DNA of 64,000 bases from Tortispora ganteri. Its lineage: Eukaryota. The DNA lies in NCBI GenBank assembly GCA_003707115.1, contig PPNB01000005.1:434001-498000 (forward strand). Reading direction: 5' to 3'. Below the pieces are notes generated by a model. The model searched no databases, was not told the origin of the DNA, and saw only the letters and a program-made list of their open reading frames with translations. The position numbers and the translations under genes were made by a program. Shown here piece after piece: positions 10,176 through 19,911 of this stretch (position 1 is the first letter of the stretch; the number at the start of each line of letters is the position of its first letter).

Positions 10176-11689
10176 GGTCTTAGATGCTTATGATAGAAGT
10201 AATATGTGAATTGATATACTAAACGATCGAGCAAAAAACTGACTGCATGCCCCAGCAGGAACAAATTCTAAGAGGACGCTTCTGACTGCGAGGCATGTAA
10301 TATATAGGTAGAGGGGATCCTTTAGCGTGGTAATGATAACGATTGAGGAAATAGGCCGTTAAAGCATATTAACCAATCAAGTAGTGTAATTAGATGTTAG
10401 TGGATATGCAGCGTGAGAACAAGGTTTTCATTAGCAGCCAATAGATGCGTGTATTAGCGTCTATTGCATTGCCCTTATCGGGACTGTACGCCGCAACATA
10501 TTAAAAGATGAAGGTGTTCTTCAAACAGGCAGCTTTCTATAAAGGCGAACTGCGTGAAGATAGTAGTAGTAATGATACTCGAAACGAATTAGTTGCTGGT
10601 ATCGGCAGCAATCTAACGGAATGATGACAGAAATTATCGGCTTCAAAGAAAGATTAGTTGATAAGAGGATCTCCCAATGATATGCCATGGACCCATGTGA
10701 TTGGTCGGAATGTTCTTCTAATCATTAAGATTTCTTAGGCCCCTCCGGCGGTACGGCACTATAATGGGGCCGAAAGAATTATAGATAACATATCGATTGT
10801 TTTTAGTTTGAGTAACTGCTTGGTAGTTTGCAGTTCAGGAGTGATCGACAATCAGGAGAGTTTAGCACCAGAATCAAGAGGAGAGTACGACGGTAATAGC
10901 CAATAAATTGGCAAAATGCCAGTGCTCCGCAGAGTGTAGCTTGCCGTATAACAAAATCTTTAAAAAAGACCTTTACTATACGCGATAATGTTCTTCAGTC
11001 ATATAAGCTTCAGTTAGAACCTGAAATCGGAATAAAGAGTTGCGCGGTAACATTACGACGATCTTTCGCATTTCAAACTCTATCGGCCCTAATTGCGGCA
11101 ACATACGCTGTCGCGCCAATTTTTTAGGTATATATGCAACGTGCGTGCGTATAATACACGCGGTATCTTAATATGTCTGTATAGTAAGTAGATCGCTGCG
11201 CATGCATTAGCGGAGAGTAACAATGGGTGTTGCAGGATTATGTCGTACTAGCATTGCAGGTAAACAGTACAAGCATTGCGGGAAAATAAGTAGTGCAAAC
11301 ATTACATTGATGTAAATTGTACGAGCATTGCGTGAGTGTAGGTAGGTAATAGATTTGAGTGAAAGAATCTGCAGGTTCGACTTTAGTATAGTATAGACAC
11401 TGGTAGTCCGTATCGACGAACACAGTTGCATCAGCAAACAGTACTTTGCAATTGTGAGATTTAAAATTGCTGCATAAGTAATTAAAACTAAAAATAAATG
11501 AAATAGTGCAAGTTTTGCTGCAAAAGCAGATCTAATAACAATACAATAAAACAACAGTTTGACTAGGTAAGAAATAATCGGTAAGGAGTATGGTCACCTT
11601 AGCAACGGTATTTTGTTGGTTTAGCGAGAAAAATGTTTACCTGGACGGTTCTACGCTGAGCCAGACCGTGATCGCATCGACAACCAACG

Positions 11690-12238
11690 ATGGAAGGAGA
11701 TAACGGGCCAATAACAGAAGGGATTAATGAATCTGTAAATATGAGTGATGATGGTTCTGCAGATAAGGAAGTTTCGCAGCAAGAGCAGGAACATTTGAAC
11801 CTAATGAAGCAGGAGCAGGCGAAGTTGCTGGAGATGCAGAGCCTGGCGGCTGCTGAGACTGCAGCTGCACGAGAATCCAACGAGGAAATAGATGCGCGGT
11901 CAGTGTTTGTCGGTAATGTTGACTTTTCAGCGACAAGTGAAGAACTTCAATCACATTTTGCCACTGTTGGATCAATCAACAGAGTAACTATTCTGCTCGA
12001 TAAGTTTTCAGGACATCCCAAGGGGTTTGCGTACATAGAGTTCGCGGAGCCTAGCCTAATACCAAATGCGATTTTACTTAACGAATCAATATTTAAAGGT
12101 CGACCGCTTAAAGTGACTCCAAAACGGACAAATGTCCCTTCATTTATGCGTGGTCGCGGTCGTGGCAGAGGTCGCGGTCGTGGTCGTGGGTTCCGCGGCA
12201 GGGGTCGTGGATCTAGCCGCGGATACAATCCTTATTGA
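11690..12238 (+). CDS. SGN1: PABPN1/Pab2/Sgn1-type single-RRM poly(A)-binding protein; start could be ATG 11740
   Basis: Coiled coil, RRM ([23 protein letters not shown]), RG-repeat tail ending YNPY. Confidence 0.88.
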   Translation: MEGDNGPITEGINESVNMSDDGSADKEVSQQEQEHLNLMKQEQAKLLEMQSLAAAETAAARESNEEIDARSVFVGNVDFSATSEELQSHFATVGSINRVTILLDKFSGHPKGFAYIEFAEPSLIPNAILLNESIFKGRPLKVTPKRTNVPSFMRGRGRGRGRGRGRGFRGRGRGSSRGYNPY

Positions 12239-12524
12239 CATGTCTAGTGTATGAACACAATATATAGTAATATATCAACTACGTAGTGTACAACTACCAT
12301 AAAAAGCTGCTTTACTTTGTTTTTTTATTTTTTTTTTCTGGCACCCTGCAGTACACTAATAACCAGAAGTCCAGGGTGGGCAGGGGTCTCCTATTCCCCC
12401 CTTGTTTTCCCCCACGGTTGCCCTACCAGTCCCAGCCAAGTCAAGTCAAGCCACAAACATAGCCCATTGGATCGATATATTGCGATCCATGAGCAACTTA
12501 ATCTATGACCCGATCCACCACCAG

Positions 12525-14996
12525 ATGTCAAGCAGCAGGCGTCTAGTAATAACAGGTTAGTAAACTACATGAAAACTAGATAAAAATAAACACATATTAA
12601 CGCATTTTTTTCTAGTGGTTGCCGCTGACGGCCTCTATAAACGCGATATCTTCAGATTACCGGATCCTTTTGCAGTTGTCACTGTTGACGGCGAACAAAC
12701 ACACACTACTGCAGCAATCCGTAAAACACTCAACCCTTACTGGAATGAGTCATTCACCGTTAATGTCACCGAATCTAGTATTATCGCTATCCAGATATTT
12801 GACCAGAAAAAGTTTAAGAAAAAAGACCAGGGCTTCCTCGGCGTCATAAACCTCCGTGTTGGAGATGTTATCGACTTGGAGAACGGGGGCGAAGAAGTTT
12901 TGGCTAAAGATCTTAAAAAGAGCAACGATAATCTTGTTGTTCATGGGAAACTCATAATAAATCTTTCCACAAATGTACCCACAGCGACATCTAATTCCGC
13001 CACCCCTGCTACCAGAACCGCCGCCGCCGCCGTCGCCGCCGCCAGCGGTCCTTCCCGCGTCCATCGTTCGGCTTCCGGAAGTACAAACGCTCCCTCGCAT
13101 TCCGCCCAAGTACCGACATCCAACTCGGTATCTAGTGCTCTCCCTACTGCGGTAACCCCTACTCCTTCCACTTCGAACGCGCCTACTCCCATTTCCGTAA
13201 ACCATCCCTCTAGCTCGTCTTTCAACGCCTTCGAAGACCAGTACGGCCGCATGCCTCCAGGATGGGAACGCCGTGTAGACAACCTGGGTCGTATCTACTA
13301 CGTCGATCATAACACCCGCACTACTACCTGGACAAGACCCTCCTCCAACTTCAACCAGAACGTTCAGAACGCAAACTTACAATCCAATACAGAGCTAGAG
13401 CGTGTCCGACATCATGCCCGAACGCTGCCTGGAGACAGACATTCGCCTGCTGATCCTAACGCCTCTGCCATGTCAAACTCTTCACACTCGCCTGCTCCGT
13501 CTGCGAATGCCGTCCACATGATGGCTACCGGTACTACCACCGTCGGCCTCGGCGATCTTCCCCCAGGATGGGAACAACGGTATACCCCTGAAGGACGTTC
13601 CTACTTTGTCGATCACAACACGCGCACTACTACATGGGTCGATCCACGAAGGCAGCAGTATATACGCATGTATGGACCCAACGCTGCCAGCGCCACTATC
13701 CAGCAACAACCCGTATCACAACTCGGCCCCCTTCCTTCAGGATGGGAAATGCGTCTCACCAACTCTGCACGAGTCTACTTTGTCGATCATAATACCAAAA
13801 CTACTACTTGGGATGATCCGCGTCTGCCAAGCAGTCTGGACCAGAACGTTCCGCAGTACAAGCGTGACTTCCGTCGCAAACTCATATACTTCCGGTCGCA
13901 GCCCGCTATGCGCATCCTTCCTGGCCAGTGCAATCTCAAGGTACGTCGAGATCATATATTTGAAGATTCCTACCAAGAGGTCATGCGGCAGTCCCCTCAA
14001 GACCTAAAGAAACGACTTATGATCAAATTCGAAGGAGAAGAAGGTTTGGATTATGGTGGAGTTTCGCGTGAATATTTCTTCCTACTTTCTCATGAAATGT
14101 TCAATCCCTTCTATTGCTTGTTCGAGTACTCTGCTCATGACAACTATACGCTGCAAATTAATCCTCATTCTGGCATCAACCCCGAACATCTCAATTATTT
14201 CAAGTTCATCGGAAGAATTGTTGGACTTGCTATATTCCATCGCAGGTTCCTCGACGCATTCTTTGTCGGTGCTTTTTACAAGATGTTACTGAGAAAGAAA
14301 GTGGGACTCATTGATATGGAGGGTATTGATGCTGACGTGTATCGTAATCTTCAATGGACTCTTGAGAACGACATTACGGATATCCTAGATCTGACCTTTT
14401 CTACTGAAGATGACAAATTTGGTGAATTAGTGACTATTGATTTGAAACCTAATGGAAGAAATATTCCAGTGACTAATGAGAACAAAAAAGAATATATCGA
14501 TTTGATTTCAGAATGGAGGATCCACAAACGTGTTGAAGAGCAATTTGAAGCTTTTATTACAGGGTTTAATGAACTTATACCGCAGGAGCTTATTAACGTT
14601 TTTGATGACAAAGAACTTGAGTTGCTCATTGGCGGTATAGCAGATATAGATGTTGACGATTGGAAGAAGCATACTGATTACCGTGGATACACTGAAACTG
14701 ATGAAGTAATTCAATGGTTCTGGAAATGCATTAGGTCTTGGGATTCAGAAAAGAAATCAAGACTGTTGCAGTTCACTACTGGTACTTCGCGTATTCCTGT
14801 AAATGGATTCAAAGATTTACAGGGATCCGATGGCCCTCGTCGATTTACTATAGAAAAGGCCGGAGAAATAAATCAGTTACCCAAATCTCACACGTGTTTT
14901 AATCGTGTTGATTTACCTCCTTACAAAGATTACGACACCTTGCAACAAAAGCTGTCATTAGCTGTTGAAGAGACTATGGGTTTTGGTCAAGAATAG
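12525..14996 (+). CDS. RSP5: Nedd4-family HECT E3 ubiquitin ligase (C2-3xWW-HECT); exons 12525-12555 and 12616-14996; another in-frame ATG lies at 12489
   Basis: Spliced N-terminus [29 protein letters not shown]; three WW domains; HECT ending [10 protein letters not shown]...MGFGQE. Confidence 0.97.
12556..12615 (+). other. Spliceosomal intron of RSP5 (60 nt)
   Basis: GTTAGT donor, TATTAAC branch point, T-tract, TAG acceptor; splicing restores the first C2-domain strand. Confidence 0.85.
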
Positions 14997-15129
14997 GCCA
15001 ATCACTTTCACTTACTAGAAACTTCATACAAATACATGTCATGTTTTATCATTGGTCTTTGCTAATTTATTTGCATAAATGTAGCCCATTTAAAATAAAA
15101 ATAACCCCTTTAGACACCTGTTGTATCTG

Positions 15130-15819
15130 CTAACTACCATTCAAATATACATCTCGCAGTATCCTGCGTATCGAGACCAGAAAGGATGCAAAGTCCCTGG
15201 ACAAATTGAGTGATTCAAGCGCAGGAGCAATTATATTTTCTGAAACGCGCGGTCTTGTAGAGACTATGGCGTAAATAGGACTATTTACGTCAAGTATTAA
15301 TTCAGCATAGTACTCGGCAGCTGATAAGGATGTGAATCGTATAGCTATAGCACCGTCAAGGGGTTCAATTATTAGACCGAGCACCCTCTCGTACATTTGC
15401 TTCTCCGATAAAATAGATTTAAATATTTTCTCTGACTCTTTATGTCTATGTGCTATTTCCTGATTCAAACGACTCTGCTTATCGGTCAAAGCCTTCAGCT
15501 GAAGTTTTAGGGACATGACCTCATCTCCTAGAGTAATCGCTTCAGAATCTAGCTTCTGCATCTGCTGCTTAGTTTGATTTAGAATAGATACGCGGTTGTC
15601 AGCCTCATTGTCGAATTGCTTTGATTCTGCAATAATCAGTTGCAAGCTTTCCTCTGCTTCTATGATCTGACTATCGAGAATCTGCATTCTTTCAGAATGG
15701 TCTTTCCGTAGCCGCAATTCGGACTCGTAGACGTTCTTGATCCATCTAGAAACATCGCTGCCAATTTGACTAATTGAATCCAAATAAGACGGCCTGTTTA
15801 TAGGCGTTATAAGGCTCAT
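15130..15819 (-). CDS. SPC25: Ndc80-complex kinetochore subunit Spc25
   Basis: Long coiled coil then RWD-like region YERVLGLIIE...IRFT...LNLSRDFASFLVSIRR. Confidence 0.85.
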   Translation of the reverse strand: MSLITPINRPSYLDSISQIGSDVSRWIKNVYESELRLRKDHSERMQILDSQIIEAEESLQLIIAESKQFDNEADNRVSILNQTKQQMQKLDSEAITLGDEVMSLKLQLKALTDKQSRLNQEIAHRHKESEKIFKSILSEKQMYERVLGLIIEPLDGAIAIRFTSLSAAEYYAELILDVNSPIYAIVSTRPRVSENIIAPALESLNLSRDFASFLVSIRRILRDVYLNGS

Positions 15820-16016
15820 TTGTTTACTTTGTGCACTGGATAATCAGAGTTTTGGTGTAGGTAAACAGTAAAAAGAGTCAATAGATGGTTAGGTTGCTAT
15901 GGATACGAATGTTGCACCACTGACTTTTGCGTGAAGTCCTGCGTACATCTACTTTAGAGTGACTTTTACTGTTAAAAGAGCACAGGTTCAGGTCTAGGCT
16001 TTTGTTATTTTACAAT

Positions 16017-17240
16017 ATGGATGCTAAGTCTATTCGAGATGTATTGAATCTTCCGAGTAAGGCGGAGACAACCACGGCCCCGGCGGCTAAGAGGCCGAAA
16101 ATTGAGGGCAAAAAGCATGAGAGCATCCAACGAGAGCTCTATGCTCTTTTAGGCGACAACAATGCACCGACTATGCTGCAGCAGCCACAAAAACAGTTTA
16201 AATCACGGCCTAAAATACAACGGAAACCAGGCCCATGGGTATGGGCGCCTTTCACGAATCAGGCGCGCAATGACGGGTTAGTGCTTCACCATTGGGTAAG
16301 AGGATCAGCCAAAGAGGACGAAGAGTACAGCTACGTGAAATACAATACAAAGATCGAGATTCCAGAAATATCACAAGAGGCTGAAAGTGTTATTGAGCAA
16401 GAAGGATGGAGTATTGATGAAACCAAGAAACTGTTAGCACTATGTTCAGAATATGATTTGCGATGGGTTGTGATATTTGACCGCTGGACGGACGAAGACA
16501 CCGAAAACCCACGCAAGATAGAAGACCTTCAGGAACGGTACTACTATGTGCAGCAAAAACTGCTTGAAATGAAAATCACAGGGTCTGCGTGGACAGCAGA
16601 TCAATTGAGTTTGTATAATCAGCTAGATTATCCCAAGGAAAAGGAGATCGCTCGTAAAGAATATCTTGAAGGATTAATGCATAGAACACCGGCCGAAGTT
16701 TCAGAAGAGGAAGCGTTACTGGTCGAAGCACGAAAATTTGAGGCTGCTATGAAACGCATGAACGAAGAGCGTGAAGAGCTGCTCAGGCTGTTAGACTCGC
16801 CAGAAGCTGCAGGATCTATAGCGAAATACTCAACATCTCAAGGAGTGACTACCCTTACGGCTAATTTGATGCAACAAGGACAAAACAAGAAGAAGAAGGT
16901 TGAATCGACGGCTGCTCCTGCAGCTGAACGACCTCAAGCTTCTGTTGCATTTATACGCAAGAAGATATCTGCGCGAGAGGAAGCAGCGTACGGTATATCT
17001 TGGAAAGAGAAGCTGCATCCAGGTATACAATTGCGATCCGCTAAGTTTCCTACGTTTAAGGCGTCTGTTCAACAGAAAGTTAATTCTATTTTAGGCGAAC
17101 TTGGACTACCTATACGTCCTGTTATTCCCTCCGACCGTGTTACGACGAAGTTCGAGCAACTGGTTAACTCGATCGCAATGCTTCTGGAAGCAAAGAAAGC
17201 AGTAGACAGACTCAATACAGAAATTGCTACTTCCAAATAA
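16017..17240 (+). CDS. SWC4: SWR1/NuA4 subunit Swc4 (DMAP1)
   Basis: IRDVLNL, RELYALLGDN, WVWAPFTNQARNDGLVLHHWV, SANT-like YDLRWVVIFDRW...EDLQERYY. Confidence 0.93.
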   Translation: MDAKSIRDVLNLPSKAETTTAPAAKRPKIEGKKHESIQRELYALLGDNNAPTMLQQPQKQFKSRPKIQRKPGPWVWAPFTNQARNDGLVLHHWVRGSAKEDEEYSYVKYNTKIEIPEISQEAESVIEQEGWSIDETKKLLALCSEYDLRWVVIFDRWTDEDTENPRKIEDLQERYYYVQQKLLEMKITGSAWTADQLSLYNQLDYPKEKEIARKEYLEGLMHRTPAEVSEEEALLVEARKFEAAMKRMNEEREELLRLLDSPEAAGSIAKYSTSQGVTTLTANLMQQGQNKKKKVESTAAPAAERPQASVAFIRKKISAREEAAYGISWKEKLHPGIQLRSAKFPTFKASVQQKVNSILGELGLPIRPVIPSDRVTTKFEQLVNSIAMLLEAKKAVDRLNTEIATSK

Positions 17241-17586
17241 GGGAGTGGGGCGGATAGCGAGACTTGCCGCTGATTGATATTTTAAGTTTGGCTTTTTCTA
17301 AATCATCTTAATATTATCGTTGTTGGCGTGCTTGTTGGGTAATCATGCGATTAAGTTATTGGTGCACGGTTTCCGAGGTAGGAAATTATGATGTCATTAT
17401 GAGGCTGTCTGATCAATCTATAGAATTGGCTGGAACCGCCCCCCTTATGATGATTTTGCTGACATATAAATAGTGGGTTTAGGCTGTCGCACTTTTGCTT
17501 TCTAAGAAATTTATCTTATTTCTACACCAGTCAATTTAATTGAACTTACAGCAGTTAACAGTTAACCCCGCGATCTACAATCAACA

Positions 17587-18030
17587 ATGAGCTTGCAGTA
17601 TCTTCCCTACGTTAAACCATCTGCCATTGCCATTGGCACTATTTTCACACATGCCGCCACCCTGTCTTCAGGTTTCCCTGTAATTGGCGCTGCTGTGAAC
17701 AAAGCTAAGACTTCTGACACCCCTGAAGAGTTTCTACGAACTCGTGAATCAGCTTCCGCCTTAGCGCTCTATGGTGCATCTATCGTCGGCTCCGGTCTGC
17801 AGACCTACGCCACAGCTGCACTCTTGCAGCTCACTGGTACACTCACCTATAAGGGTGCCGCTTACTTGGGAGGTCTTGTTTTTGCTATCTCTGCTGTGCC
17901 GCAATTGGTGACTGCCGTCGTCGTCGAGAAGCGTACTTCCGAATACGTTCTCGGCCGGATCCTCTCTTCGCTTTTTGAAACCGTCGGTCTCGCGCTGACG
18001 CTCAATTGGTGGGGCACTCGAACCTTTTAA
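17587..18030 (+). CDS. Conserved fungal membrane protein, DUF1761-like
   Basis: 147 aa ORF with 3-4 hydrophobic helices, TATA (TATAAATA) upstream, ends LNWWGTR; family recalled, not searched. Confidence 0.7.
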   Translation: MSLQYLPYVKPSAIAIGTIFTHAATLSSGFPVIGAAVNKAKTSDTPEEFLRTRESASALALYGASIVGSGLQTYATAALLQLTGTLTYKGAAYLGGLVFAISAVPQLVTAVVVEKRTSEYVLGRILSSLFETVGLALTLNWWGTRTF

Positions 18031-18174
18031 ATAAGGAATTTAGGCCTAACTAAACTTGCCTTCACAGTCGTCTAATTCCAATATATAGTCGATGTTAATG
18101 TTTAGGTATATATATATATATAACCTCCCAAATACTACTTTACTATATACAACAATCCCTTCTTCTATCACATT

Positions 18175-18558
18175 ATGGCCGAATTTGTAGCAGTAATCAG
18201 CAAATCAGGCGAGCCATTATTTTTCCATTCTTGTAGCAATTCTAAAAGAGTACGTCATGAGTTTTTGGCGCTGATGGCGCTAGACGCCTTCGAGGTACGA
18301 GACTATGGAGATTGCGGACTGTTACTCGTGCATTCTAATGTTGCCGTGCACGGATTTAAAACACACACAGGCGTCAAAATTGTCTTTGCAATTGATGCAT
18401 CTACGATAGCCAATCCTTCAGATGTTTCTAAGTCACTCAAAATCCTCAACCGCGCCTATAGTGGCGTCTCATGTAACCCCTTCTATGTCCCTCCCGACAA
18501 GATCCACAGCGCGAAGTTCCAGGCCGTTGTCGATTCCGTTATAGACTATTGGAATTAA
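18175..18558 (+). CDS. TCA17: TRAPP subunit, sedlin-like (TRAPPC2L/Tca17)
   Basis: FVAVISKSGEPL...ALDAFE...VHGFKTHTGVKIV...CNPFY longin/sedlin pattern. Confidence 0.75.
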   Translation: MAEFVAVISKSGEPLFFHSCSNSKRVRHEFLALMALDAFEVRDYGDCGLLLVHSNVAVHGFKTHTGVKIVFAIDASTIANPSDVSKSLKILNRAYSGVSCNPFYVPPDKIHSAKFQAVVDSVIDYWN

Positions 18559-18725
18559 TGTGATTTGATACTTAACTTATTTTGCAAAAATTATTCATCA
18601 CTCAATAGCCACTCCTTGTGGTGCATCCTTTCACATCCTGGTGCTCGCCCAGAATAACTGGCAAATCTGGACCCGACAAACCTTCCCACACACACACACA
18701 CATACCAACCGCGAACCTGTCTGTC

Positions 18726-19790
18726 ATGCTCCGATTATCCCCGGTAAAACTATGGTCATCAAGCAAACCCCTATTGCTTTCGAGAGCATCAAGCGCTTTC
18801 ATACGGCGATCTTCAACGCAGACAAACTTGTCGCAGCCGTCACAGACTGTCACACCTATCATGAATGCAGATCCTGCTCCTGCGCTTGGTGTCTGGGGGA
18901 AACTACCCACTAAGTACCACCCGTATGTGCGTCTAATGCGGCTAGAAAAGCCAGCGGGTTCAATGCTGCTGTTTATCCCCTGTGCCTGGTCTGCCACAGC
19001 GGCCGCTTACGCCACAGACGCGACGCTTATGCATATGGTCGGCGTGACGGCTGCGTTCGGCGTCGGCTCCATCATAATGCGCGCTGTAGGTTGCATTATA
19101 AACGATATGCTCGATCGCGATCTCGACGCGAAAGTCGCTCGCACGTCAAATAGACCTCTAGCTGCTGGCGACCTCACGCAAGCACAGGCTACTAAGCTTA
19201 TGGGTGGTCTTCTCGTAGGCGGTCTGGGCGTGCTCGTGTCGCTGCCTAGTGACTGCTTCCTGCTCGGCGCCGCGTCGCTACCATTTATAGCTACGTATCC
19301 GCTATTTAAGCGATTTACATACTACCCACAAGCAATGCTATCGTTTTGCTTCACATGGGGCGCGCTCATCGGGTTCCCTGCTATGGGATTATGGAATTGG
19401 CCTGCTATGCTCGCGCTGCACGGCTCCTGCTTTGCCTGGTGTATGACTTACGACACAATCTACGCCCATCAAGACAAGAAGTGGGACATTATTGCAGGCG
19501 TGAAATCAACTGCTCTGGCGTGGGGTGATAAGTCAAAACCCATTATGTCGGCATTAACCGCCGTACAATTATCGCTACTCGGTTCTGTTGGATACATGCT
19601 TGACATGAGTTACGGATTCTTGGGTGGGTTCGCTATAACCGCCTACCGACTAATACAAATGATCCGCCGCGTCGACCTTGACAACCCAGATGACTGTTGG
19701 CGCTATTTCAATAGTAATATACAAACTGGTCTAATTATGTGGGGAGGATTTTTAATCGACTTTTTAGGCCTGAAACTTGGTCTTTTCTGA
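18726..19790 (+). CDS. COQ2: 4-hydroxybenzoate polyprenyltransferase (UbiA family), mitochondrial
   Basis: LMRLEKPAG, CIINDMLDRDLDAKVARTSNRPLA, YDTIYAHQD; R/S-rich presequence from ATG 18726. Confidence 0.95.
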   Translation: MLRLSPVKLWSSSKPLLLSRASSAFIRRSSTQTNLSQPSQTVTPIMNADPAPALGVWGKLPTKYHPYVRLMRLEKPAGSMLLFIPCAWSATAAAYATDATLMHMVGVTAAFGVGSIIMRAVGCIINDMLDRDLDAKVARTSNRPLAAGDLTQAQATKLMGGLLVGGLGVLVSLPSDCFLLGAASLPFIATYPLFKRFTYYPQAMLSFCFTWGALIGFPAMGLWNWPAMLALHGSCFAWCMTYDTIYAHQDKKWDIIAGVKSTALAWGDKSKPIMSALTAVQLSLLGSVGYMLDMSYGFLGGFAITAYRLIQMIRRVDLDNPDDCWRYFNSNIQTGLIMWGGFLIDFLGLKLGLF

Positions 19791-19911
19791 GCGTTATCGT
19801 CTCCCCCACTCACCAAAAAAAATCCAGGTCAAGAAGGTTTGGGATTATCACTCATGGAAATCCTCCCTCCAACCTCCCCCCCCCCCTTGCCTGAACACCA
19901 TTAACTCCGTC

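Noticed and set aside
13800..13860. Alternative CUG codon usage
   Set aside because: CTG encodes the conserved Leu residues in Rsp5 DPRLPSSLD and CK1 QLRDE, so the code is standard
19777..19911. Apparent COQ2/BUD6 coding overlap
   Set aside because: Artefact of a TTG start call; the first ATG is at 19912 and conserved Bud6 sequence begins after it
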